The notes under the pieces: generated by a model | The model's database searches: none | Seen by the model: only the letters and a program-made list of their open reading frames with translations | Told to the model about the DNA's origin: nothing | Part shown: piece after piece, positions 9,297-18,806 of the stretch | Position numbering within the stretch: the stretch's first letter is position 1 | Layout of the letters: each line of letters starts with the position of its first letter | Origin: an uncultured Myxococcales bacterium | GTDB taxonomy: Bacteria > Myxococcota_A > Polyangia > Polyangiales > Polyangiaceae | Length of the DNA: 64,000 nt | Assembly (NCBI GenBank): GCA_937872925.1 | Contig: CALMUT010000027.1 | Span: 6,763-70,762 of the forward strand | Direction of reading: 5' to 3' | Program-made: the position numbers and the translations under genes

Positions 9297-10514
9297 ATGC
9301 TGTCCTTCGAATTGAACGAAAAAATGAGCGCCCTGCTCGAGCGCGCCAGCGCTGAAATGCAGAGCGTCGTCTATCCGTTGGAGACCGAGATCGCGGGGCG
9401 ACCCTTTGCGGACTGTGCCGACGAACTGAACGCCGCCCGCGCCAAGATCAAAGCTGCCGGGCTCTGGGCACCGCAAGTGCCGAAAGAGTACGGGGGGCTC
9501 GGGCTCACCTTTCGCGAGCACGGCCTCATGAGTGAAGTGCTGGGGCGCAGTCCCCTTGGGCACTATCTGTTTGGTTGCCAGGCCCCGGACGCGGGGAATA
9601 TGGAAGTGCTGCACAAATTTGGCAGCGACACTCAAAAGCAAAAGTATCTGAAGCCGCTGGCCGCGGGCGAGATCCGCAGCTGCTTTTCCATGACCGAGCC
9701 GGATAAGGCCGGCTCCAATCCCGCCTGGCTCGCAACCAGCGCAGTTCTAGACGGCGATCACTACGTCATCAACGGGCGCAAGTGGTTCACCACCGCTGCT
9801 GACGGTTCGGAATTCGCCATCGTCATGGCCGTGACGAACGCTGACGCCTCGCCCTACGCGCGGGCCAGTATGATCATCGTGCCGACGAGCACCCCCGGAT
9901 TCCGGCAAGTACGGCGCATTTCGGTCATGGGCGAAACCGGTTCGGGCTGGGCGAGTCACTCGGAGATTGCCTATGAAAACTGCCGCGTGCCCGTCGAAAA
10001 CCGACTGGGCGACGAGGGTGCGGGCTTTTCCATTGCGCAGGAGCGGCTCGGTCCAGGTCGGATCCATCACTGTATGCGCTGGATTGGGATCTGCGAGCGT
10101 TCCTTCGAATTGATGTGCAAGCAAGCCGTGCAGCGCGAGATTGCGCCAGGCAAAGCCTTGGGCACCCGTCAGATCGTGCAACAGTGGATTGCGGAGAGTC
10201 GCGCCGAGATCGACGCGGCGCGTCTGCTGGTGCAACACGCGGCGTGGAAAATCGACACGGCCGGCAACTATGGGGCACGCATCGAGGTCAGTTGCATCAA
10301 GTTCCACGTGGCCGGTGTGTTGCAGCGCGTGGTCGATCGAGCCATTCAAGCGCACGGCGCTCTCGGCATGACCGACGATACTCCCTTGGCCTCGTTCTTC
10401 CGTCACGAACGTGCCGCGCGCATCTACGACGGTCCGGACGAGGTGCATAAGGCCGTCGTGGCGCGGCGGATCCTAAAGCAGTTTGGTCTTGAGATCGGCG
10501 CGCTAGCGGGATGA
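9297..10514 (+). CDS. acyl-CoA dehydrogenase family protein, ACAD10/ACAD11-type
   Basis: CFSMTEPDKAGSN, YVINGRKWF, GFSIAQERLGPGRIHHCMRWIG, DGPDEVH. The RLGPGRIHHCMR block is characteristic of the ACAD10/11 clade as I recall it. Confidence 0.85.
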   Translation: MLSFELNEKMSALLERASAEMQSVVYPLETEIAGRPFADCADELNAARAKIKAAGLWAPQVPKEYGGLGLTFREHGLMSEVLGRSPLGHYLFGCQAPDAGNMEVLHKFGSDTQKQKYLKPLAAGEIRSCFSMTEPDKAGSNPAWLATSAVLDGDHYVINGRKWFTTAADGSEFAIVMAVTNADASPYARASMIIVPTSTPGFRQVRRISVMGETGSGWASHSEIAYENCRVPVENRLGDEGAGFSIAQERLGPGRIHHCMRWIGICERSFELMCKQAVQREIAPGKALGTRQIVQQWIAESRAEIDAARLLVQHAAWKIDTAGNYGARIEVSCIKFHVAGVLQRVVDRAIQAHGALGMTDDTPLASFFRHERAARIYDGPDEVHKAVVARRILKQFGLEIGALAG

Positions 10515-10521
10515 AAGGCTA

Positions 10522-11301
10522 ATGGCGATGCGTCTTGCAACCTGGAACGTAAACGGCCTGCGGGCGCGTTTGGACTTCTTTTTCGCGTGGCTCGATGCGC
10601 GCAAACCTGACGTGGTGGGGCTGCAGGAGCTCAAGCTCACCGAAGAACAGTTTCCCTTCCTCGAACTCCAAGCTCGAGGGTACGTCGCCCAAGTCCTGGG
10701 TCAGAAGAGCTGGAACGGCGTGGCGGTGGTGTCGAAAGAGCCAGCCACAGTGGTGCAGCGCGGTTTGCCGGGGCGAGAAGCAGACGGGGCGCGATTGATC
10801 AGTGTGGACGTCAGTGGGATCCGCTTTTCGACGGTGTATGTGCCGAATGGCAAAAGCGTGAGCCACGCGGACTATGCCAAGAAGCTCGCGTGGCTTGACC
10901 GTCTCGTCGAGCACATGGGCGAGATCCATAGCGCTGATCGGCCCGGGCTGATTGGTGGTGATTTCAATGTGGTGCCCGCTGCCATCGACAGCTGGGACGA
11001 AGACCGACTCCAAGGGCATATTTTCCACACGGCTGCTGAGCGGGCGCGTCTGGAAGCGCTGACGGCCGTGGGTCTGTCGGATTTGTATCGAGCGAAGCAT
11101 CCCGAGGCTCAAGCCTTCTCGTGGTGGGACTACCGCGGCGGCGCCTTCCACAAGAAACAAGGCTTGCGCATCGATCTGATCTACGGAACCCCGGCGCTAA
11201 AAGCGCGCATGACCGACGCAGTGATCGACCGAGACTTCCGCAAGAAACAAGCGGGGCTGACGGCTTCCGACCATGCTCCGGTCTGGGTCGACATTGACTG
11301 A
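10522..11301 (+). CDS. xthA: exodeoxyribonuclease III
   Basis: MRLATWNVNGLRARL...GLQELK...DYRGGAF...GLRIDLI...SDHAPVWVDI. This is the ExoIII/APE1 EEP-fold signature. Confidence 0.9.
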   Translation: MAMRLATWNVNGLRARLDFFFAWLDARKPDVVGLQELKLTEEQFPFLELQARGYVAQVLGQKSWNGVAVVSKEPATVVQRGLPGREADGARLISVDVSGIRFSTVYVPNGKSVSHADYAKKLAWLDRLVEHMGEIHSADRPGLIGGDFNVVPAAIDSWDEDRLQGHIFHTAAERARLEALTAVGLSDLYRAKHPEAQAFSWWDYRGGAFHKKQGLRIDLIYGTPALKARMTDAVIDRDFRKKQAGLTASDHAPVWVDID

Positions 11302-11332
11302 AGCGGGCGGAGCCGAGCTTGGGCGCGCCCCG

Positions 11333-12727
11333 TCAGCCCAAGAACACCACGACGTAGACCACCGCTAGCGCGATTTGCAGCAAGGCGAAAGGGATCGCCA
11401 TGCGGACGAAGCGCGCGAAGCTCACGCCCAGATTGTGTTTGTGCATCACGGTGACGGCGACCACTGTGGAAGCCGAGCCGATGGGCGTGATGTTGCCGCC
11501 CAGGTTGGCTCCGAAGACGACTGCCCACCACATGCCGTCCGTAGCGACTTCCTCGGGCATGCCGCCGAGGATCTTTGCCAGCACCGCGGCCAGGGGGATG
11601 TTGTCGGTGACCGAGCTGGCCGCTGCGCTGGCGGCCAACAGCAGTCCGGCGCCGGATTTTGGTCCCAAGGCAATCAAACCCTCCAACCCCTGACCGATCA
11701 CATGAAGCACCCGCGCGTGCTCCATGACGTTGATCACGATGAACAGCGACGCGAAGAAGAGCAGTAGGTCCCAGTCGAGGGCCTTGTAGAAGCGGTCGAC
11801 GGTGCTCTTGTAGCGGAGCGTCATCACCGTCGCAAAAGCGAGCGCAACGTACGCCATGCCCAGGTCCTTCACGTACGGCACAACGGATGCGGTAGCGAGC
11901 CCGAGGATGAACAGCACGAACATGCCGGCGGCAAAATAGAAGAATCCCTGGCTCGTGATGCCATCACGTTCATCAAAACCGGCGACCTGCCTCTGGGCGG
12001 CCTGCTTCTCTTCGGTGGTCTTCAACGCATGCACGTCAAAGATGCGTGCTCCCAGGATCAGGGTGCCGACGGTTGCCAGGAGGACGAAGGGCGCGCTGAC
12101 CAGAAAAAATTGCACGAAACCGATGCCGGCGGCGTTGCCGATAATGATGTTCGGCACGCTGGAGATCAGTGTCAACAGCCCGCCCACGTTGGTGAGGAGT
12201 CCTTCGATCATGAGGAAGCCCAGAAGGCGGTCGGAGCGATCGAGCTTGTCGAGGCTTACGGCGGAAAGCGATCCGACGATCAGCATGGCCGTGACATTGT
12301 TGAGCACTGCGGAAAAGACCACGGTCATTGCGCCGTAGTAGAACAACAATTTGCGGGGGTCGCCGCCGCTCTGCTTGGTGAGCTTGATGGCGACGAAGGA
12401 GAACAAGCCGCTCTTGCTGGTGACGTCTACGAATAGACTGGCACCGAAAATGATTGCGACCACTTCCCAGTCGATGGCCGGGATGTAGACTGGCAGGGCG
12501 AGCTCTTCTCCGAAGACGTTGCGAACGCTTCCGAAGGGCAGGATCCCCACGGCGGTTGCGATCAGGAGGCAGACGATCGCGCTCACCCCGGTGATGACGC
12601 TCTTCTTCGCGTGGATCTTTTCTTCAAAGGCTAGCGCCAGCACCATCAGCGCGAGCAGACCAAAGAAGAGCCAGGTCACGCCGGCGGAAGGAGGGGCGTG
12701 CGCCGCGCTGGAAGCGAGTACGGGCAT
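11333..12727 (-). CDS. ArsB/NhaD (CitMHS/SLC13-like) permease family transporter
   Basis: Polytopic membrane protein. The repeated halves resemble ArsB/NhaD permeases. Likely start at ATG 12727 (MPVLASS...); the track ORF extends to 12817. Confidence 0.65.
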   Translation of the reverse strand: MPVLASSAAHAPPSAGVTWLFFGLLALMVLALAFEEKIHAKKSVITGVSAIVCLLIATAVGILPFGSVRNVFGEELALPVYIPAIDWEVVAIIFGASLFVDVTSKSGLFSFVAIKLTKQSGGDPRKLLFYYGAMTVVFSAVLNNVTAMLIVGSLSAVSLDKLDRSDRLLGFLMIEGLLTNVGGLLTLISSVPNIIIGNAAGIGFVQFFLVSAPFVLLATVGTLILGARIFDVHALKTTEEKQAAQRQVAGFDERDGITSQGFFYFAAGMFVLFILGLATASVVPYVKDLGMAYVALAFATVMTLRYKSTVDRFYKALDWDLLLFFASLFIVINVMEHARVLHVIGQGLEGLIALGPKSGAGLLLAASAAASSVTDNIPLAAVLAKILGGMPEEVATDGMWWAVVFGANLGGNITPIGSASTVVAVTVMHKHNLGVSFARFVRMAIPFALLQIALAVVYVVVFLG

Positions 12728-12940
12728 CACAGCAAGAGTTGAGGCAGGTTGCGCGATTCCACCGCGAAGGGATAGGCCATTTCGGGTCCATCTAGCGGGC
12801 CGCCGGAAAAGTAACAATCCAGGTCACCACCGCCAGACCGTTTCATTGGGATCAGTACTGCGCCGCACTAGAGGTGATTTGTTCGCGTTTCGCAAGGGCT
12901 TCTCCCGTTCCGGGCGCAAGGGCTTTAGTATCCGCCTATC

Positions 12941-14668
12941 GTGAACTTCACACTGAAAAAGGGTCACTTTGAACCGCGCCCGGGCCCCTTGGTCACGGTC
13001 GTGATGGACGGCGTTGGCATTGGTGCGGGGGACGAAGGTGACGCCGTGCACTTGGCGCGCACACCCGTGCTCGACGGCCTCTTCGAGTCGTCGCCCCACC
13101 TTGCGCTTTTGGCGCATGGCACCGCTGTGGGCATGCCAAGCGACGGCGACATGGGCAACAGCGAGGTCGGGCACAACGCGCTGGGCGCGGGTCGTGTCTT
13201 CGACCAAGGAGCGAAGCTCGTCGATGCCGCCATTGAAAGCGGTTCAGTCTTCGAGAGCGCGCTCTGGCAGGAAATCGTGGCTCGCAGCCGAGCCGGCGGC
13301 GCGCTGCACTTCGTTGGACTCTTGAGCGACGGCAACGTGCACAGCCACATCGAACACCTATTTGCTCTGCTGCGACGCGCCCATGCGTCCCAGGTACGCA
13401 GCGTATACGTGCACGTATTGCTGGACGGTCGGGACGTGGAGGAGACCAGTGCACTGCTGTACCTGGCGCAGCTCGAAGAACTCTTGGGCGCCTTCGACGG
13501 AAAAGACGGTTGCCGCTATAAAATCGCATCCGGCGGCGGGCGCATGTTGGTGACCATGGACCGCTACGAAGCGGACTGGAGCATCGTTGAACGCGGCTGG
13601 CGCGCCCACGTGCTCGGTGACGCTCGCAAATTCCCTTCCGCGCGCGCCGCGGTTGAAGCATTCCGCGCCGAAGACCCCGGGGTGATCGATCAGTTCTTGC
13701 CTGCTTTTGTGGTGGAAGAAGCGGGCCGCCCCCTCGGCCCTATCGTTGACGGCGATAGCGTGGTGCTGTTTCACTTCCGTGGGGACCGCGCCATCGAGAT
13801 CAGCCAGGCATTCGAGCAAGACGACTTCCCGCACTTTGATCGGGAGCGCCGTCCGGATGTGCTGTACGCCGGACTCATGGAATACGACGGCGACTTGCAC
13901 GTGCCGTCCAAGTTCCTGGTCGCCCCGCCGGCGATTGACCGCACGCTGGGGCAGTATTTGGCCGAAAGCGGCGTGACGCAGTTGGCCATCGCTGAAACTC
14001 AAAAGTACGGTCATGTGACCTACTTTTGGAATGGCAACTGCACCGGGCTCTACGATCCGAAGAGCGGCAGGTATCACGAAGTGCCCGCGGAAAACTGGGA
14101 GGAAGCGAATTTCTTCGCTCGCCGGCGTCGCTCGGAATTGGAGACCTTCATTGAGGTACCGAGCGATACCGTGCCTTTCGAGCAGCGACCCTGGATGAAA
14201 GCCGCGGAAGTGACCGACGCCCTGATCGCCGAAATGCGCAGCGGTCGGCACCGCTTCCTCCGCGTCAACTACGCGAACGGCGATATGGTCGGACACACTG
14301 GGGATCGCGAGGCGACGTGCATCGCCGTTTCGGCGGTCGATCTGTGTCTGGGCCGCTTGCTCAAGAGCGTGGCCGCGTTGGACGGTTTGGCCCTCGTCAC
14401 TGCCGACCATGGCAACGCCGACGAGATGTATATGCGCGACAAGGGCGGCGGGTTCAAGCGCGACCCAAGGGGACGTATCCAGCCGAAAACGAGCCACACT
14501 CTTAGTCGCGTGCCCTGCATGCTTTTTGATCCGCGCTCGGCGCGCAGTCTGCACTTGCGCCGGGATCTGGAAGCACCCGGGCTATCCAACGTCGCAGCGA
14601 CCCTGCTCGAGTTGCTGGGGTTTGCGCCGCCCGAAGACTATGCGCCTTCTCTGTTGCGGCAGTCCTAA
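12941..14668 (+). CDS. gpmI: 2,3-bisphosphoglycerate-independent phosphoglycerate mutase
   Basis: VVMDGVGIG, MGNSEVGHNALGAGR, SDGNVHSH, ADHGNADEM. Long (575 aa) iPGM form, GTG start. Confidence 0.9.
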   Translation: MNFTLKKGHFEPRPGPLVTVVMDGVGIGAGDEGDAVHLARTPVLDGLFESSPHLALLAHGTAVGMPSDGDMGNSEVGHNALGAGRVFDQGAKLVDAAIESGSVFESALWQEIVARSRAGGALHFVGLLSDGNVHSHIEHLFALLRRAHASQVRSVYVHVLLDGRDVEETSALLYLAQLEELLGAFDGKDGCRYKIASGGGRMLVTMDRYEADWSIVERGWRAHVLGDARKFPSARAAVEAFRAEDPGVIDQFLPAFVVEEAGRPLGPIVDGDSVVLFHFRGDRAIEISQAFEQDDFPHFDRERRPDVLYAGLMEYDGDLHVPSKFLVAPPAIDRTLGQYLAESGVTQLAIAETQKYGHVTYFWNGNCTGLYDPKSGRYHEVPAENWEEANFFARRRRSELETFIEVPSDTVPFEQRPWMKAAEVTDALIAEMRSGRHRFLRVNYANGDMVGHTGDREATCIAVSAVDLCLGRLLKSVAALDGLALVTADHGNADEMYMRDKGGGFKRDPRGRIQPKTSHTLSRVPCMLFDPRSARSLHLRRDLEAPGLSNVAATLLELLGFAPPEDYAPSLLRQS

Positions 14669-14710
14669 GTCATTGACCTGCGCCGTCGGTGCGGCCACGC
14701 TCTGCCTGCG

Positions 14711-15784
14711 ATGAGTGAGCATATCGACACCCCAGGTGGCGTGCGCGCCGGTGAAGAACTCGAACTCGAACCGCTGTGTGCGTATCTGCGCGAGCACATC
14801 GACGAGATCCCTGAACACGCCGAGGTGATTGTCGAACAGTTTCACCGGGGGCACTCGAATCTGACGTACTTGGTTCGTGCTGCCGGCCACGAATACGTGC
14901 TGCGTCGGCCTCCCTTCGGCAGCAAAGTCAAGAGCGCCCACGACATGGGCCGCGAGTACCGCGTATTGGAGAAGTTGCACGCGGTGTACCCCCTCGCCCC
15001 GGCGCCTTTGCTCCATTGCTCGGACACCTCGGTGCTCGGAGCGGAGTTCTACGTCATGCGACGCTTGCGAGGCATCATTTTGCGCAAGGACCTGCCTCCG
15101 GGGCTGTCGCTTTCGCCCGCGGAAGTTCGCAGCCTTCACCAGAACCTGATCGGCGAGTTGGTGAAGTTGCACGGTTTGGACTACCGCGGGATCGGCCTGG
15201 GGGACCTGGGCAAGCCCGAGGGCTATGTGCAGCGTCAGGTCCAGGGCTGGACCAAGCGCTATGCGGCATCGAAGACCGATGGGATCCCCAGCGTTCCTCT
15301 GCTGGCGGAATGGCTAGACAGCCACCAACCCAAAGCGTGCGCGCCCACGCTGATTCACAATGACTACAAGCTGGACAACGTCGTGCTCGACCCGGCCGAC
15401 CCCACGCGCATCGTTGGGGTTTTGGACTGGGAGATGAGCACCGTGGGCGACCCGTTGATGGACCTGGGCACGAGCCTCAGCTACTGGGTGGAGGCTTCCG
15501 ACAGCGACGTGTTCCAACTCACCCGCTGGGGCCCGACCACGCTTCCGGGTAGCCTGACGCGGCAGCAGATCCTGGACCTTTACGCCGAGCAGAGCGGTCG
15601 GGACGTCGGGGACGCAGTTTTCTACTACGCCTTCGGCTTGTTCAAGACGGCCGTGGTCTTGCAACAGATCTACTATCGCTACAAACAAGGGCTGACCCAG
15701 GACGAGCGCTTTGCGCAGTTGATCCATGGTGTGCGTGTGCTTGCCGATCGCGGCGTAGAAGCGGTCGAAGCTGGGCACGTCTGA
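14711..15784 (+). CDS. phosphotransferase (APH/ChoK-like kinase) family protein, ACAD10/11 N-terminal-domain type
   Basis: [62 protein letters not shown]. Confidence 0.8.
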   Translation: MSEHIDTPGGVRAGEELELEPLCAYLREHIDEIPEHAEVIVEQFHRGHSNLTYLVRAAGHEYVLRRPPFGSKVKSAHDMGREYRVLEKLHAVYPLAPAPLLHCSDTSVLGAEFYVMRRLRGIILRKDLPPGLSLSPAEVRSLHQNLIGELVKLHGLDYRGIGLGDLGKPEGYVQRQVQGWTKRYAASKTDGIPSVPLLAEWLDSHQPKACAPTLIHNDYKLDNVVLDPADPTRIVGVLDWEMSTVGDPLMDLGTSLSYWVEASDSDVFQLTRWGPTTLPGSLTRQQILDLYAEQSGRDVGDAVFYYAFGLFKTAVVLQQIYYRYKQGLTQDERFAQLIHGVRVLADRGVEAVEAGHV

Positions 15785-15793
15785 GAGGCGAAG

Positions 15794-16798
15794 GTGGCCC
15801 GGGGCGTGCAACTTGATTTGTTTGGCGGGTCGCCGGCGCCCGCAACGCTGGACTCGGGGATGCTCGAGCGCGATCGCGCGCTGATGGCCAGGGTGCCGAG
15901 CCATGTGCGCTTCGGGACATCGAGCTGGAGCTTTCCGGGTTGGGCGGGCCTGGTGTATGCCGGCGCTCCGACCGAAAAGGAGCTGGCGGACCGTGGGCTC
16001 GAGGAGTACGCACGGCACCCGCTCTTTTCCGCAGTGGGCATTGACCGAGGCTACTACGCGCCTCTCACCCGGCCGACTCTTGAGCGCTACGCGCAGCAGT
16101 TGCCCGAGGGTTTCCCCTGCGTGATCAAGGCCTTTAGCGAGATCACCAGCCGCGTGCACCCACGCACTCGCGAGAAAAATCCACACTTCTTCGACGCCGA
16201 GGCGTGCAAGCGCGACGTGATCGAGCCGCTGCAGGAAGCTTTCGCAGATCACGTTGGGGCGCTGGTGTTCGAACTCATGCCGCTGCGCCGCAGCGAGTTG
16301 CCAACGCCGCAAGCCTTCGAAGTCGAGCTGCAGCAGTTCCTTGCTGCACTGCCGAAGGGCATTCCCTATGCCGTGGAGTTGCGCAATCGGGAGTTGTTCA
16401 CCCACGGCTACTTGGACGTTCTGGCCGCGACGGGCGTGGGCCATGTGCTCAATTTCTGGGAACGCATGCCGGCGATCGGGCGGCAGCTGGAAGTGCCGAA
16501 TGTGCTGTCCGCTCCCTTCGTCGTTTCCCGGGTGCTGATCCCGCCGGGTCAGCGCTACGCCGACACGAAACGCGCGTTTTCTCCCTTCGATCGGATGGTG
16601 GCACCCCAACCGGAGATGCGTCTGGATATCGCCAAGTTGAGCGAAGCATGCGCGCTCCTGGGCAAGACTTTGCTCGTCATTGTGAACAACAAGGCCGAGG
16701 GGTCGAGTCCGCTGACCATACGGGCCTTGGCCGAGACGATCGTCTCGCAGGCCGGCGCGGCGGAGCCGGCGGCCGAGCCGGACTTGCTTCGGGACTGA
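15794..16798 (+). CDS. DUF72 family protein
   Basis: RFGTSSWSFPGWAGLVY and the overall DUF72 (UPF0759) layout. Confidence 0.7.
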   Translation: MARGVQLDLFGGSPAPATLDSGMLERDRALMARVPSHVRFGTSSWSFPGWAGLVYAGAPTEKELADRGLEEYARHPLFSAVGIDRGYYAPLTRPTLERYAQQLPEGFPCVIKAFSEITSRVHPRTREKNPHFFDAEACKRDVIEPLQEAFADHVGALVFELMPLRRSELPTPQAFEVELQQFLAALPKGIPYAVELRNRELFTHGYLDVLAATGVGHVLNFWERMPAIGRQLEVPNVLSAPFVVSRVLIPPGQRYADTKRAFSPFDRMVAPQPEMRLDIAKLSEACALLGKTLLVIVNNKAEGSSPLTIRALAETIVSQAGAAEPAAEPDLLRD

Positions 16799-16833
16799 TG
16801 TGCGGCTTCCGCACGGACCGGAGGAGCTGAGGC

Positions 16834-17847
16834 GTGGCCGCCGCGAAGCGCAGGGTTGAGCTGCCGCAGCCTGATCCCGTTCGCCTTTCCCTGGCGGAAG
16901 CGCTGGCGGCGCGCGCGGCGACGCCCGCGGCGTGGGACAACGTGCTGTTCGGAACGGCGGGCTGGACGGACCCCACTCTGCTGAAGAGTCGCAGCTTCTA
17001 TCCGAAAGTTTCGCAGTCCGCGGAGGAACGCCTGCGCTTTTACGCCGCACACTTCAGCATGGTCGAAGTCGATGCGACCTACTACACGCTCCTGCCCGTG
17101 GACGCCGCGCGCCGTTGGACTGAATGCACTCCGCCGGGCTTCGTCTTCAACATCAAAGCCCACCCCATCGTGACGGGACACCCCATCGACGTCGCGCGCA
17201 TGCCCGCAGACTTGCGAGACGAGTTGACGCGCGCCGGGCATGCGCGGCGGGTCTATCCGGACAAGCTGCCTCAGGAGATCTACGCGGAAATCGAGAGGCG
17301 ATTCTTTGCGCTGCTGGCGCCCCTGTCGGAAACGGGAAAGCTTGGCGCGGTGCTGGCGCAGTTTCCACCTTGGTTTCGGGCAACCCGAGGCAATGCCAAG
17401 CAGGTTGCCGCCTTGCGCGGGCGCCACCCAGAGGTGCCCTTTGCGGTGGAGTTCCGCCATCGAAGCTGGCTCGAAACAGAGCGCCGAAGTCGAGTCCAGG
17501 CGCTATTGTCCGAAAACCAGCTTTCCTATGTCTGCGTGGATGAGCCCAGTTCCGAAGTTGGCGGCCTGCCGCCCGCCGCTTTCGTGACCCACCCAGAACT
17601 CGCGATCGTGCGTTTTCACGGCCACAACCTGGGCGGTTGGAACAAGCAGGGCGCCAGCGTGCACGAGCGTTTTGACTACCTGTACACGCCGCAGGAGTTG
17701 CAAGTCTGGGCGAAACCCGTCGCCCGCTTGGCGCGGGAGGCCAAGCGCGTACACGCCGTGTTCAACAACTGCGTGCGCAACTATGCCGTGCTCGGCGCCA
17801 AAGGGCTAAGCGTGCTCTTGGAACAGGAGCCCGCCGCTTCAAGTTGA
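16834..17847 (+). CDS. DUF72 family protein (tandem paralog)
   Basis: LFGTAGWTDPTLL...FYP...RLRFYAAHFSMVEVDATYY...FEFRHRSW. Classic DUF72 motifs. Confidence 0.75.
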   Translation: MAAAKRRVELPQPDPVRLSLAEALAARAATPAAWDNVLFGTAGWTDPTLLKSRSFYPKVSQSAEERLRFYAAHFSMVEVDATYYTLLPVDAARRWTECTPPGFVFNIKAHPIVTGHPIDVARMPADLRDELTRAGHARRVYPDKLPQEIYAEIERRFFALLAPLSETGKLGAVLAQFPPWFRATRGNAKQVAALRGRHPEVPFAVEFRHRSWLETERRSRVQALLSENQLSYVCVDEPSSEVGGLPPAAFVTHPELAIVRFHGHNLGGWNKQGASVHERFDYLYTPQELQVWAKPVARLAREAKRVHAVFNNCVRNYAVLGAKGLSVLLEQEPAASS

Positions 17848-18780
17848 GACGGGGTGCGCCCGTTTGCGTGTGGCGACTGCGACGACGATGGCCAGCACAA
17901 GGCTGAGCGCGGCGAGAAGCATGAGTAGCGTCGGGATGCCGTATTTCAACGGCAATTCGTCCGTGACAACCCAGCGCCGGGCGGTGGCGACCGAAGCCGT
18001 GTTGAAAACGATGTGTAACAGCAGCGGTGCAGCGAGCCCCCCGGTTTTGTGACGAAGCACGCCGGTACAGAGCCCGAGCCCGAGGGCACTGACGGTGCGC
18101 ACAATGCCCAGGCCACCCGGAGTATCTGCGTGCAACAGTCCGAAGATCGTCGCGGTGACCAGAGTGGCGACGCCGCCACTGCGTAGATGCTCCCACAGCG
18201 CGCGGGCAGCCCGTTCTAGCCACGACGTCTGCAGCACGCCTTCGGGCAGCGCGTTCGACTCGGGTGCTTTGGCTTCGCGCACTTTGGGCATCAATCGGTT
18301 GACGAAGGACCACAGCGCGCCCCGGAACAACAACTCCTCCGCCACGGGAGAAATCAGTGCCCCCCAGAGCAGGGTCAGCCACGCGGGGGTTTGCACCAAA
18401 GAGCGACCGAATTCGCCGGTGCTCTGCTGCGCCAGCTGCCGGCCGCCGCGTCGCAGTTCATCAAGCAAAGTCGGCAGCGCGATGGCAATAGCAATGCCGC
18501 TACAGAGCACGAACGCGGGCAGCGCCAGGGTCGTGGCCATAGCCAGGGCGCGACGGCTGGGTCGGACCCAGCCGAGTTGGGCGCGAACGTCTTGGATCAA
18601 TAGTGCGCTCAGTCCCACGCCAATGACGGTGCTGATCACCGCGACCCAGGCCAGATACCCCTGCAGCGACAGTTCGTTCGTGATCGAGTCCGGCAACAGG
18701 TACACGCCGTAGCGGGCGAGTAGACGGAACAGCGCCAGCCAAAGCAGCGCGGCTGCGCCGTGCGTGAGGGTGCGTCGCAT
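17839..18780 (-). CDS. CPBP family intramembrane glutamic endopeptidase (CAAX protease-like)
   Basis: SPVAEELLFRG, FGLLHAD, LLLHIVFN in a polytopic membrane protein. Start at ATG 18780 (MRRTLTHGAAALLWL); the track ORF extends further upstream. Its 3' end overlaps the convergent DUF72 gene by 9 nt. Confidence 0.8.
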   Translation of the reverse strand: MRRTLTHGAAALLWLALFRLLARYGVYLLPDSITNELSLQGYLAWVAVISTVIGVGLSALLIQDVRAQLGWVRPSRRALAMATTLALPAFVLCSGIAIAIALPTLLDELRRGGRQLAQQSTGEFGRSLVQTPAWLTLLWGALISPVAEELLFRGALWSFVNRLMPKVREAKAPESNALPEGVLQTSWLERAARALWEHLRSGGVATLVTATIFGLLHADTPGGLGIVRTVSALGLGLCTGVLRHKTGGLAAPLLLHIVFNTASVATARRWVVTDELPLKYGIPTLLMLLAALSLVLAIVVAVATRKRAHPVST

Positions 18781-18806
18781 GGGGGAGGCGTCGGCGTTCA
18801 CGGGAG

